Made by a program: the position numbers and the translations under genes. A stretch of 63,465 nt of DNA, filler included. It is 4 parts of 4 records of this genome, joined end to end, with 100 filler letters (N's around TTAATTAATTAA, not from the genome) between each part and the next. Parts side by side here need not be neighbours in the genome. Positions count along the whole stretch, not along the records: positions 38,044 to 51,556 come from SRR20825006_751; 3 more parts are not named here. The stretch is one strand, 5' to 3'. Below the pieces are notes generated by a model. That model was not told the origin of the DNA and did no database searches. It was given only the letters and a program-made list of their open reading frames with translations. Within the stretch, counting starts at the first letter, position 1. Each line of letters opens with the position of its first letter. This document shows positions 40,062 through 49,818 of the stretch, one piece after another.

Positions 40062-40119
40062 GTCCTTTTTCAGTTAGATACTTAATTTCCAATAGGTTGC
40101 TTAGCGACTACATACCTAT

Positions 40120-41130
40120 TTATTCAAACTTCAATGTATTGTATTCTTTGGCAGCCTGTTTAACGGTTTCCAATAGATCCTTATAATTTGGACTGTCCTC
40201 AGGAATCATATTGGTTTGCATCGATTTATAATCGTCTCCCCAATTTTTTATAAATGTCTCTGGTGGCAGAGGATTTAAATTTGGCGGGTATAATGCACTA
40301 TAGTTTATACCTCTTATACCGTTAAATCTTTCCCTATGTTCTATAATTGAAACTATAAGCTCTTGGTCATAGGCTTTGGCCTTATACCCACTTTTGTAAA
40401 TTTTTGTAATGTCATACAAATGTCTGCTTAAGCGCTCTACACGTATTTTATCTTTCGGTTTTTTAAACTCTTCATGTAGTAAAAACAATTTTTCCAAATA
40501 GGTACGTTCCGGATTTACACAAGGTATGGTAATCGCCGAATCTGCAAATGGACGTTCAGGAAACTGCTTTCCCACAAATGATATTATCTCGCAATTGGTA
40601 AATGGTTCTTTTAAAGAGCGACTTCCTAATTCTACTTTTACTCGTGGCAATACATATTCTGAATGTTTTGTAACGGCAGGGTAATAAATTAAAATAGATA
40701 CTGGGTCTTGATCGCCATCGCCTAAATTTTCAAAATCGAAGGTTATGCCTGTATATCCCCTATCCTTAAATGCTTTTTTTAAGGCTTCATAAAATGTTGT
40801 GGTTACAAACTCAAAGGATTTCTCTCGCAACTTTTTTACCTGAGATTTGCTGATTAAGCCGCCATCAAAGCCTAAATACTCCCTGTTTAGGGCCAAGTCT
40901 ATATCTTCTGAAAAACGTTGTATTAAGTGCCATGCCTTGCTTAATGATGTACCTCCCTTAAATAACAGGTGTTCTGCAATGTCCATATCGGAAAAGATAA
41001 TATCGAGGGTTTGTGTTACCCACCAATCTTTTTCCACAGCAAAGTCCTGAATCTTTCTTTGTTTGGCCACTTCTTGAAAAATCAATCGTTTTTCTTCAGC
41101 ACTTGCTTTATAAAATAATAGACTGCTCAT
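40120..41130 (-). CDS. abiEii: AbiEii/AbiGii nucleotidyltransferase toxin (type IV TA)
   Basis: EKDWW, FKGGTSLSK, RFSEDIDL, EKL, SRHLYD. Confidence 0.92.
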   Translation of the reverse strand: MSSLLFYKASAEEKRLIFQEVAKQRKIQDFAVEKDWWVTQTLDIIFSDMDIAEHLLFKGGTSLSKAWHLIQRFSEDIDLALNREYLGFDGGLISKSQVKKLREKSFEFVTTTFYEALKKAFKDRGYTGITFDFENLGDGDQDPVSILIYYPAVTKHSEYVLPRVKVELGSRSLKEPFTNCEIISFVGKQFPERPFADSAITIPCVNPERTYLEKLFLLHEEFKKPKDKIRVERLSRHLYDITKIYKSGYKAKAYDQELIVSIIEHRERFNGIRGINYSALYPPNLNPLPPETFIKNWGDDYKSMQTNMIPEDSPNYKDLLETVKQAAKEYNTLKFE

Positions 41131-41133
41131 AGA

Positions 41134-41730
41134 TCATAATGCTTTTGCCATAATTTCTGCTATCCATTGAGGTGCCAACTGCAGATCATGTCTTAAATCT
41201 TCAATATTTTCTTCTTTTAAAAGTTTTACAATTTTATCTTCCTCGCTTTTGGTTACGCTGTTTTTACCTATTTCCGTTAATGCCAATACTGCCAATTTGC
41301 TTATTTTACCCTTTAGAGCTAACTTTTTGGGGCTAACTTTTTTAAACGTAATATTTCTATTATCTATTTTAATTTTTCGGGCCTTACCGTCGGTGTAGTA
41401 CACTACATTTAATGGTATTTGTTCGCTTAGCCCCAAAGCATGCATAGCAAAACTGCCTGTTGGGATAATACGTGCCTTATCGCGTTTGGCTATGGCTTGT
41501 GCTATATCGTCCAAGCTTGGCAGCACTATTTGGTTTAGTAATTGGCTGGTTTTGGGTTTTACATAGATGCCACTTGCCAACCTGTACAAAACACCTCTTT
41601 TTACCAATCGATATAAAGCCACACGTAGTGCATTGGCATTTGCAATTTGGGCAAAATCTTCTGTAAGGAATATTGTGCCCTCTTCATTATTTTTAATTTG
41701 AACTAGTATTTGTTCTTCTATACTCGCCAT
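41134..41730 (-). CDS. abiEi: AbiEi-like antitoxin (DUF6088 type)
   Basis: wHTH ALYRLVKRG...RLASGIY.KP, LGLSEQIP, YYTDG; 3 bp upstream of the toxin. Confidence 0.85.
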   Translation of the reverse strand: MASIEEQILVQIKNNEEGTIFLTEDFAQIANANALRVALYRLVKRGVLYRLASGIYVKPKTSQLLNQIVLPSLDDIAQAIAKRDKARIIPTGSFAMHALGLSEQIPLNVVYYTDGKARKIKIDNRNITFKKVSPKKLALKGKISKLAVLALTEIGKNSVTKSEEDKIVKLLKEENIEDLRHDLQLAPQWIAEIMAKAL

Positions 41731-41746
41731 CTATTTATTTTATATT

Positions 41747-41825
41747 TTTTTGTAATGCAAAGAAGCTCTTTTTTATTACAATAATACTTAATAAACATTA
41801 CAAAAACAATTTTAACCGTATTACA
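41747..41825. promoter_or_regulatory. Repeat array upstream of abiEi, probable autoregulatory operator
   Basis: 11-bp inverted repeat TTTTTGTAATG (41747) / CATTACAAAAA (41796); ATTACA at 41775, 41797 and 41820. Confidence 0.6.
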
Positions 41826-41889
41826 GGATTGATTGGTTTGTTTTTCGTTTTTTGCAATTGGGAAAGCAAGGAAAAATCGAGCCTATGGA

Positions 41890-41940
41890 AAATGTCTAAC
41901 CCTATTGCCTAGACATTTTTAGACATTTCCTTAGACATTT
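41890..41940. repeat. Iteron-like TAGACATTT cluster
   Basis: Direct copies at 41910, 41920 and 41932; inverted copy AAATGTCTA at 41890. Confidence 0.8.
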
Positions 41941-42012
41941 CTAACGCAGAAATTTCTACACATGAATTTTGTGTTGATGCTAAATTGGTAATCACAAAAC
42001 AAAAAAGGTAAG

Positions 42013-42089
42013 GCCACAAAACAATGGGAATTTATAACCTTAACAGACCCCATGAAGCACTTAAGGGAAAGACACCGCATAAGATTTAA
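42013..42089 (+). pseudogene. IS3/IS481-type transposase C-terminal remnant
   Basis: 42024-42089 translates MGIYNLNRPHEALKGKTPHKI*, matching the YN..RPH.AL...TP motif; in-frame stop just upstream. Confidence 0.65.
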
Positions 42090-42302
42090 TGTATAAAACC
42101 AAATAATTCTACTCTTGTGAAAGTTTTTCTTCCATTCATTAAAATTTCTTGGTTAAAATTCGAGTTTATCCCCAAAAAATAGTTGTTTCCTCGAAAAAAT
42201 ACTAAAAACTGGATTTATTTGAATACATAAAAAATTAATCAAGAAAAGTATACTCATTAAAATTCATTTTTAAGTTTTGAAAAAATCTTCACCCATGCTT
42301 TT

Positions 42303-44798
42303 TTACAACTTAAGGATTTCATTTTTAAATACTTTTTCAAAATTTGGCACATATTCCACAAAAAAACCATTCATTTTGGGCCAATGAGATTTGTCAAAAA
42401 GATTTACATCGTTAAGAACATACTTAATGCGACTCATTTTGTTATCGGGCAATTCTTCCCAGATTAAAGATTTACCAAAACCATCTTCAATTTCCGCTTT
42501 TCTACTAATTATTTTTTTGAAATACTTTTTGTTCAGCTCTTTATTTGCTGTTGTTATACTAAGCTCAATCTGGCAATGAGAACCAGTAACGACCAAGGAA
42601 TAATTTACTCCTGTTTTTCCGGCACCCATGCTTATCCAATGAGATTTCACAGGATTAACATTTGAAAACTGACCTTTTTCTTGCAATAGGGGCAAAAGTT
42701 GCTCCCAATATTCTTTACGCACATAAAACCTGTTGCCATGAGAGGAGGCATTATCATATTTGACAATAAGTTCATCTTCCAAATCAAATAAGGACAATAA
42801 CTTTTTTAGAATATTGAACTTTGTATTGCTATCGATATTAAACTCGACAAAGTAGCCATTGGTTATTTCCTGGGCACTTCTAAAATCTTCTTTGTTTCTT
42901 GTTATTTTAAGAATATTGTTCCCAAGTAATAGTCCAGTATTTATGCCATATAACTGTTGAAGCACGTAATAATACATATTTGCAATGGCTGATTCTTCAA
43001 CCTTGTTGTTCTTGAATATAAAATATTCAAGCTTTTTGTGTGTTGGGGACTCTGCTTCAAAAATAGATTGCTCTACAGCTTCTTCATCTGTCTCTAGTAC
43101 AACATCAGGATAACTCCAGATAGTAAGAAACCGTTCGCTGATTAATTTAAACCTGGATTCATAGGAATTGGCGTCCCAAACATCAATTCTTTTTAAATAA
43201 TCGTTTAACCATAACCTACTGTATTTATAACCTTGCTCTCCACCTTGATGATTCATGTTCTTTTTCTCCAAAAAGGTCCTGTTCCCCAATGACCCGTTGT
43301 TCCCCGACAAGGTTAGGTTTGCCAATGTATTCAAATACTTTTCCTTAAATAGGAAAATTGTTTCCTCATCTAATTGTTTGGACCACTCGGAACTAGGGTT
43401 TTGTGGAAAGATGTGCTCAATCGTGATGCTTTCGCTCGCAGTATCGACATACTCACGGTTGTTATGATTTTCCAAAAGCTCAAAAAGATAATTCCTGTTT
43501 TTTGCTTTGATATTATAGAGGTCTTTGTCTTTTAAAGCCGCCAGCACGTCTTCATCATCAGGAAAACGTGAATTACCTCTTTTTTTACATAGGGCTTTGG
43601 CCAAACTTTCAAAATAGTCTTCGGTATCTATTTCTGAATACAATGTCATGAAAATCTTATTCAGCGCATTGGTCGGCAATCCCACAATAAATCTTCGCCA
43701 AGCATAATTTTGAACCAATTTTAATACTTGAACAACAATCTCCTTATTTATAATCCCATTGTCCCAATCTTCAAAAACCTGTAACAAGAATGGATAGGCG
43801 ACATTTACTTCCAATCGGTTGATGTATTCGAGTTCTTTACGAATTTGCGGGTTTTTTTCAACGGTTTCCGGATTGATAAACATTTTATAAAATAGGGAAA
43901 GCGCTTTCATGCTCTCCAACTCGTTCATGTACTCTTCATCCAGTTTGTTGGGATAGTTTTTTTTAAACTCTTGGTAGACCTTGGACTTATTAGGTATTTT
44001 CTTGTTTTTGAGGGTTAAATAGTCTCGGATATATTCAGAAACAAGAGACTTTTGTTTTAACAGGTCCCGGGCATTTTCTTCAATGGGGTTCCAAATCGTG
44101 TTAAAAACCTTTTGCTGCTCCCGCGGCTTTAGGTCCATTAGGATATAGTTCCGTATCAAATCGGATTGGGACAGGTCAAGCCCCGTTGAGTTGAGGCTTT
44201 CAAATATCCGCTGCGGATCATCTTTGTCCCGTTCCAACGAAATTTCGACAAAAATCAGCCTTTTCAAACCATTCCTTATTACCTCAAAATTCTCGGCATT
44301 GATTTGAGAACTGAAAAAAGTATAGTTTTCGATCACATTAGAAAATGAAGCAAACCCTTTTTCATTGCCCTCTAATATTGCCTTGAACGCCATGGAATTA
44401 GTGTCGGTCTGTTTTAGTTTGAGCTTACTATCTTCTTCTTGCACATATTGGTTTACCAAGAACATATTGTAGAGCATCTCGGCCTCTTTTTCCAGCCCAT
44501 TGTTCTTTGCAAAACGGTACAGGGCCACATACAGGACATTGATAGTGGTAAGCCGTTGCTGGCCATCTATGATCACCAGTTCGCGGACTTCACGGGTGGT
44601 GTAAGCACCTTCGTGTATAAAAACAATGCTACCAATAAAATGTGTGCCGCGGTCTTCTTTTTCAACACTTATGATATCCTCTAACAATTGTTTGCAATGC
44701 CCTAGTTCCCAATCATAATTGCGTTGGTAAACGGGTATGACAAATTGCACATTGGGTGTCTGTAAAAAATTGATGATGGGTAGTTCGGTGGCTTTCAT
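42303..44798 (-). CDS. GmrSD-like protein (DUF262 + DUF1524 HNH) with a C-terminal DUF4268-like domain
   Basis: IPVYQRNYDW, DGQQRLTT, FESLNSTG, EHIFPQ, NLTL...N; C-terminal YWEQLL...HWISMGAG...LIWEELP..KMSRI. Confidence 0.85.
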   Translation of the reverse strand: MKATELPIINFLQTPNVQFVIPVYQRNYDWELGHCKQLLEDIISVEKEDRGTHFIGSIVFIHEGAYTTREVRELVIIDGQQRLTTINVLYVALYRFAKNNGLEKEAEMLYNMFLVNQYVQEEDSKLKLKQTDTNSMAFKAILEGNEKGFASFSNVIENYTFFSSQINAENFEVIRNGLKRLIFVEISLERDKDDPQRIFESLNSTGLDLSQSDLIRNYILMDLKPREQQKVFNTIWNPIEENARDLLKQKSLVSEYIRDYLTLKNKKIPNKSKVYQEFKKNYPNKLDEEYMNELESMKALSLFYKMFINPETVEKNPQIRKELEYINRLEVNVAYPFLLQVFEDWDNGIINKEIVVQVLKLVQNYAWRRFIVGLPTNALNKIFMTLYSEIDTEDYFESLAKALCKKRGNSRFPDDEDVLAALKDKDLYNIKAKNRNYLFELLENHNNREYVDTASESITIEHIFPQNPSSEWSKQLDEETIFLFKEKYLNTLANLTLSGNNGSLGNRTFLEKKNMNHQGGEQGYKYSRLWLNDYLKRIDVWDANSYESRFKLISERFLTIWSYPDVVLETDEEAVEQSIFEAESPTHKKLEYFIFKNNKVEESAIANMYYYVLQQLYGINTGLLLGNNILKITRNKEDFRSAQEITNGYFVEFNIDSNTKFNILKKLLSLFDLEDELIVKYDNASSHGNRFYVRKEYWEQLLPLLQEKGQFSNVNPVKSHWISMGAGKTGVNYSLVVTGSHCQIELSITTANKELNKKYFKKIISRKAEIEDGFGKSLIWEELPDNKMSRIKYVLNDVNLFDKSHWPKMNGFFVEYVPNFEKVFKNEILKL

Positions 44799-47700
44799 AA
44801 TGAATACATCGGCTTTATCATCTTTTCTACAAACGCAATCTCTTCCTCGTTAAGTTTGTACTTTTTGTATAACTGTTGGTCAATTTCAGGGATAGATTTA
44901 CTCCAATCGATGTCTGAATTGGAAGTGAAGTCTTGAAGAGGTACCCACAAGTAAGTAGATTTAGTTGCGTCCTGTGTCATTTTTCTTAATGAAACTAGAA
45001 ATCTTAAGAATTTAGACTTTAGGAATCTTTCAATATTGATTGATTCTTCTTTAGAATCGACATAAAAAAATAGGTATGATTGAGTGCAAACAGATGGATT
45101 ATCCGCGATTAAGGGCTTACCTAGAACTATATCAGGAATTCTTTTGCCTCCATCCGAACCTGCTTTTGGGATTAATACCTTGTAAGTGTCTATTAGGTGA
45201 ATACTCTTAGTAATATCATCCCGATTTATCCAACCGACCTTTCTTTTCCCTTTGGTTATGTAATGAAGAGGGATATAATCATCCACCTTGTTTTTTTCGA
45301 ATGCATTAAAATTTGAAGTCCATCCAAATTCCTTATCTACAGAAAGTATTGTAGTGATCGATTCTTCTTCTTTTTCAAGTACTTTATCTAAAATGACAAC
45401 TGAAAGACTATCTCTTACAAGAATGTCGAACTTATCAAGTTGTCTCTTCACTGGTCCATAAATACTTTCACCACGTATTGTGGTCACCTCACATTTGCCG
45501 TCATGATTGCTGTTCCATAAGAAATAGCAAATGCCACCCTTCACCTCAACACCAGGGAATATTTGATTGGAGTCAGGGTAGTCAGTCATTCGATTTAATC
45601 TCTTATCCTCAAGCATTGATTTTCTGAACTCAGTTAATCCCAATCCTCCTGACATCCAGCGTGATGGAACGATTAGACTAAGAAAATCAGGGTTTATATC
45701 CTTAGAAATCTGTATGAAGTGATTATAAACTGGTAAACTTCTATTTCCACTTTCAGCTGTTACCTGATATGGTGGATTACCTACGATTGCGTTGAATTTC
45801 ATATCGTTATTGTTATTAGCCTTCCAATAAGTCTGTCCTTTTTTAATTTTTGCAATGAATTTATCTGGACGCTGGGTGATTTGCCGTACCATGTCCTCAA
45901 AATAGTGGGTGTTTACTTTGGCATTTCTAAACCCTACCAAAGTACGTTTGGTAATGCTTTTCGCCATAGGCGTTTTGCAGAGTACAAACACATTTTCTGC
46001 CACGGTTTTATCCCACAGCTCTTGCTGTTGCTCAATGGTCAGTTCGTTGGGTTCTTTATTCGGGTATTTTTCCTTTATGCGGTTACGGAAAATGGAATAA
46101 GTAACATACAGCGGATATAAACCAGATTTGGAGTTGATTTCTAAGATGTGGGCATCAGGTGCGAACACTTCATCGGTCACCTTGCCTTGTGAAACAAAAT
46201 GTGGTTGAGAAATGGTTTTTTCACGGGTTGAATCCAAGAAACTATAACCACCCAGGCAATCAGCCAAGTGCATATTTACTACTCGCCAAGGCGTTAAAAC
46301 GGTTTCCTTGTCAGGGTTTCTAAACGTGCCAAAAATGTGCGTAATGCGTTCAATGCGCTCTTCAATAGTTTGTTGGTCGGCAGCTCGTGCTAATGCTCGA
46401 ATGCGTTTGCCTGCTGCTCTGAAAACATCAGGATCGTAATATTTTTTAAATGCATTGAACTTTTGTTTAGTGACCCCTTTGGGCATAAATTCTAACCACG
46501 ATTGTTGATCAACTAAGGTTGCAAAATTGTCAATGGAAAGCTCTACATCTTCATTGTCTAATTCTGCTCCATAAATCATCAATGGCATTCGGATAGAGAT
46601 TCCTCGAAGTATAGAAATAGCACTTTCTTTTTGTTTCTTTTTCTGCTTTTTACGCTCTAAGAGTTCTTTTTCTTCTTCGGTAAGTTGGCGTTTCGGTTTT
46701 TTCTCTGCTTTATCTAGCTTTTCATATTCTTCATCAGTAAATCCTTGCTTGTTAATGTCAAGGTCTTTTGATTTAGGCATTGCCTTGGTGCTACCGATAA
46801 TCTTCTTCAGGTTATTAAACTCTTCAAGATCAACATCATCTAAGGTCATTAACTCGTTATCGTTATACAGATGGTTATCCTCAAACCCATTTCTAACCAC
46901 TCTTTCAACGTAAACTTTTTTAAGCTGTTCGAGCATGCCATTTACGTCATAGTCTTTCATGCGCGAACCGTCAAAAGCAATGATAGGGCAGAAGTTTAGG
47001 AATTCGCCCATAACGGTTCGGTCAGAATCACTTGTCTTACCGGCCTTGGCAGAAACTTTAGCCGTTTCGGCTATCACTTTTAAGGTACGGTCAGGAGCAA
47101 AATCGAAAACAAAGCATTCTTCTTTCACTTTGCCATTGATAGTTGCTGGCGTCTGCACCCTAAAAATGGTTTGCATGTAAGAAGAAGCAGAGGTGTTGTG
47201 TGAACCTGAAAGCATGAAAACGGCAGTCCATGCTTTCACCGAAACCCCCGTTGTTAAACGACCACAGGAAAGCGTTATGGTATAGGTTTCATGCGGTTTG
47301 TCGCTGATGGCTTTTTCTACCTTTTTAAGAGCTTCTTCATTGACTTCTTCTTCGTCTCCATCTCCAGCCACATTGACGATTTCAAATTGGCTGAAAACAG
47401 GATGTGTTTTAAGCATAGCACTTAATGCACGTGCTTCTTTAACGCCTGGAACCATCCAAAGCGAATGGCGGAAATTATTTCGGTATTCTTCGGTAGCATA
47501 GGGATAATTGCTTTCATCATCTGACTTACAGATTAAGTTCAAGAAAGAAACAACATCCTTTCTGTGAAGAAATTCACCTGAGTCATCTACTCGGAAAAAC
47601 TCACGGAAGTTGAACGCTACTTCTTCATCTATGTAGCCGTGAAGCAGCTTGCCTAAATCGTAGGTGAAGATATTGAGTTTTGGAAGTGACGCGTATGGAT

Positions 47701-48757
47701 TTGGATCGCCAAAGTGAATTTTATCCCATTCCGCTTTGGCTTTTTGTTCCATTACATAATCCCAAGTGAAAATCTCATCTTCCTTGTAATTATCCAACAG
47801 GTTGAACGGTGTACCTGAGAGGTGAAGGATTTTAGTTTCTTCTTTTCTAAGTTCTTCAAGAACGTTTTTCCCTAGTTCTGTTTGCGTTCCTTCGTGCGCT
47901 TCATCAATGATGATGAAGTCCCAATCAGCACTAAAAATTTCATCGTTCTTGTCAAAATTGCCACCTACCAGTTCAGAACCGCGCAAATCCTGCATGGAAG
48001 CAAAATAGATGTATTTGGATTTGCCTTTTTTGCACTCACGTTCAAGGGTTTCAAATTGATTTCCCTTATTTTTTGAACCATAAGAGAAGTTGGGGGAGTC
48101 ATAAAAGATCTTTCCAAAATCTTCAAACCAACCTTTATCGACCACAGGACGATGGGTTAAAATGAGCGTTCGGGTAAAATCATGGTCTTTGACTACCTGC
48201 AATGCTGATAGTGTTTTACCAAACCGCATTTTGGCAAACCACAGCATCTCATTTCCTTTCTTGAACTGCTTGGCGGTTTTTTCAATGGCCTCTTTTTGTT
48301 CAGGTCTGAATACAATAGGCGACTGCGTTTCTGTTACTTCACTCGCATGAAGTGAATCTCTGCCTTCTTTGACAGCGCTTATGGCTTTTTTGACTGTTTC
48401 AAGGTCAGTAATGAACCACTCATTAGCTTTGTTCTTTGTATCGAACGTTTTCTTTTTTACTCCTGAACGAGTAAGCACATTGTGGACTTCATGGTCTGAG
48501 AATGCTTTGAGCCCACTCTTGTCATTGTAAATGGTCAATTCGGTATAGAGCAAGTCATAGGCAATTCCTGCAGTTTGGGTGTATTGGTCAATCCGCTTTT
48601 TAGCTGCTTTATTAAGTGCTTTACTGTTCGGTTCTAGTCCCCAAATATTTTCATTGTCGGAAGTAGCTTCCCCAATTTTTAAACAGTCTCTATGAGCATC
48701 ATCGTTGATGCGAAAAACATAGATCAGCTTTAGTTTTAGTGATGATGTAAATTTCAT
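44795..48757 (-). CDS. Multidomain R-M protein: GIY-YIG/T5orf172-like nuclease, SF2 helicase, Eco57I-type amino-methyltransferase, TRD
   Basis: IYVF...LKIGEA...NEWF; AKMRFGKT, DEAH, SGTP, QTIFRVQ; VLTP, GNPPY, IVPSRW, FPGVEVKGG. Confidence 0.85.
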   Translation of the reverse strand: MKFTSSLKLKLIYVFRINDDAHRDCLKIGEATSDNENIWGLEPNSKALNKAAKKRIDQYTQTAGIAYDLLYTELTIYNDKSGLKAFSDHEVHNVLTRSGVKKKTFDTKNKANEWFITDLETVKKAISAVKEGRDSLHASEVTETQSPIVFRPEQKEAIEKTAKQFKKGNEMLWFAKMRFGKTLSALQVVKDHDFTRTLILTHRPVVDKGWFEDFGKIFYDSPNFSYGSKNKGNQFETLERECKKGKSKYIYFASMQDLRGSELVGGNFDKNDEIFSADWDFIIIDEAHEGTQTELGKNVLEELRKEETKILHLSGTPFNLLDNYKEDEIFTWDYVMEQKAKAEWDKIHFGDPNPYASLPKLNIFTYDLGKLLHGYIDEEVAFNFREFFRVDDSGEFLHRKDVVSFLNLICKSDDESNYPYATEEYRNNFRHSLWMVPGVKEARALSAMLKTHPVFSQFEIVNVAGDGDEEEVNEEALKKVEKAISDKPHETYTITLSCGRLTTGVSVKAWTAVFMLSGSHNTSASSYMQTIFRVQTPATINGKVKEECFVFDFAPDRTLKVIAETAKVSAKAGKTSDSDRTVMGEFLNFCPIIAFDGSRMKDYDVNGMLEQLKKVYVERVVRNGFEDNHLYNDNELMTLDDVDLEEFNNLKKIIGSTKAMPKSKDLDINKQGFTDEEYEKLDKAEKKPKRQLTEEEKELLERKKQKKKQKESAISILRGISIRMPLMIYGAELDNEDVELSIDNFATLVDQQSWLEFMPKGVTKQKFNAFKKYYDPDVFRAAGKRIRALARAADQQTIEERIERITHIFGTFRNPDKETVLTPWRVVNMHLADCLGGYSFLDSTREKTISQPHFVSQGKVTDEVFAPDAHILEINSKSGLYPLYVTYSIFRNRIKEKYPNKEPNELTIEQQQELWDKTVAENVFVLCKTPMAKSITKRTLVGFRNAKVNTHYFEDMVRQITQRPDKFIAKIKKGQTYWKANNNNDMKFNAIVGNPPYQVTAESGNRSLPVYNHFIQISKDINPDFLSLIVPSRWMSGGLGLTEFRKSMLEDKRLNRMTDYPDSNQIFPGVEVKGGICYFLWNSNHDGKCEVTTIRGESIYGPVKRQLDKFDILVRDSLSVVILDKVLEKEEESITTILSVDKEFGWTSNFNAFEKNKVDDYIPLHYITKGKRKVGWINRDDITKSIHLIDTYKVLIPKAGSDGGKRIPDIVLGKPLIADNPSVCTQSYLFFYVDSKEESINIERFLKSKFLRFLVSLRKMTQDATKSTYLWVPLQDFTSNSDIDWSKSIPEIDQQLYKKYKLNEEEIAFVEKMIKPMYSL

Positions 48758-48762
48758 TTTTC

Positions 48763-49770
48763 CTAATTATTTATAAGGTCAATGAATCTGATTTTTCTCC
48801 CCCTTCTTCCTGTTTTTAAATCTTTATTTGACCAATCTTTAACTAAGCAATAAATCCCGTTATGCTTCTTGATATTTCCTTTTTCGCAGCCTTCGCAAAA
48901 GGTATGTTTGGTTTCCGTTTCCCCAAATAGATTTGTAGAAACTATTGTTTTATGTCCGCATGAATTTGGAATTACACCTTTGAGGCCATCCATTTGCCAA
49001 ACGTTCCATGAAATGATATAGGCAATGTACTTAATGGACTTAAGAAGCGGTTCTTTTCCGAATTTGAGCGTATAGTTTTCAATAAAGGTAGCTAGCATGG
49101 CTTCCCTTGCCAATAATAAACTATCTCCCTGCCATTCAAATGCGTAAGTGTTTTGATAGGCAGTTTGTGCTGCTTTTAACCACTCTCCTGTAGAATCAAC
49201 ATTCTCATTGATCACTCTTAGTTTTCGGTCAAGAATTCCAATTCTTTGCTCTACAGTTATAAAATCACCCGTTGTACTATCGTAGCGACTGGTGATGTAG
49301 GGTGCTTCTCCGCAGGCCACTTCAAGCCGAGTATCTCGGATATAATGTTTCCACGTTTTGCCTTTCGGATATTTGATTTTTTCAAGGTTGGTTTCCCAAC
49401 TTTTTGAGCCTTCAGAATTAGTGATTTCTCGATTAAATACTTCCTTCTTTCCGAACCAAGCGTCATCAATCAAATTGTTCTGGGCATTGCAAACCCAAGA
49501 AGGAGTGAAAACTTCTGCCATTTCCTTGGACCTTGCTTTTTGTAAAACTTGGTCTTTGTGTACTCTGGGCATGATGATATCGCCATTGTCTCCTGTAATT
49601 AAATCAGGCGTTATAGGAGCATTGTAAGTGTAAGACTCTCCAAGATGTTCATAATTGTCAGTTGCCCAAAAGATATTTTTCTGAGTCGTATGGTCACGAA
49701 TAAGAATATCGAGTACATCAGGGTACTGCTGTACTATTTCATTTTCTAGTATGTCTATTCCTATCTTCAC
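48763..49770 (-). CDS. Methyltransferase-like protein with only the SAM-binding half (no NPPY motif)
   Basis: AEVFTP (motif X), LEVACGEAP (motif I), YAFEWQ (motif II), QMDGL; no motif IV. GTG start. Confidence 0.75.
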   Translation of the reverse strand: MKIGIDILENEIVQQYPDVLDILIRDHTTQKNIFWATDNYEHLGESYTYNAPITPDLITGDNGDIIMPRVHKDQVLQKARSKEMAEVFTPSWVCNAQNNLIDDAWFGKKEVFNREITNSEGSKSWETNLEKIKYPKGKTWKHYIRDTRLEVACGEAPYITSRYDSTTGDFITVEQRIGILDRKLRVINENVDSTGEWLKAAQTAYQNTYAFEWQGDSLLLAREAMLATFIENYTLKFGKEPLLKSIKYIAYIISWNVWQMDGLKGVIPNSCGHKTIVSTNLFGETETKHTFCEGCEKGNIKKHNGIYCLVKDWSNKDLKTGRRGRKIRFIDLINN

Positions 49771-49818
49771 TAATTCAATTCCTTCAGATTAAATAACAAC
49801 TTTGAATTGTTTTCGGCA

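Noticed and set aside
44900-45780. Phase-variable or invertible TRD
   Set aside because: No flanking inverted repeats, silent TRD copies or long simple-sequence tract were visible.
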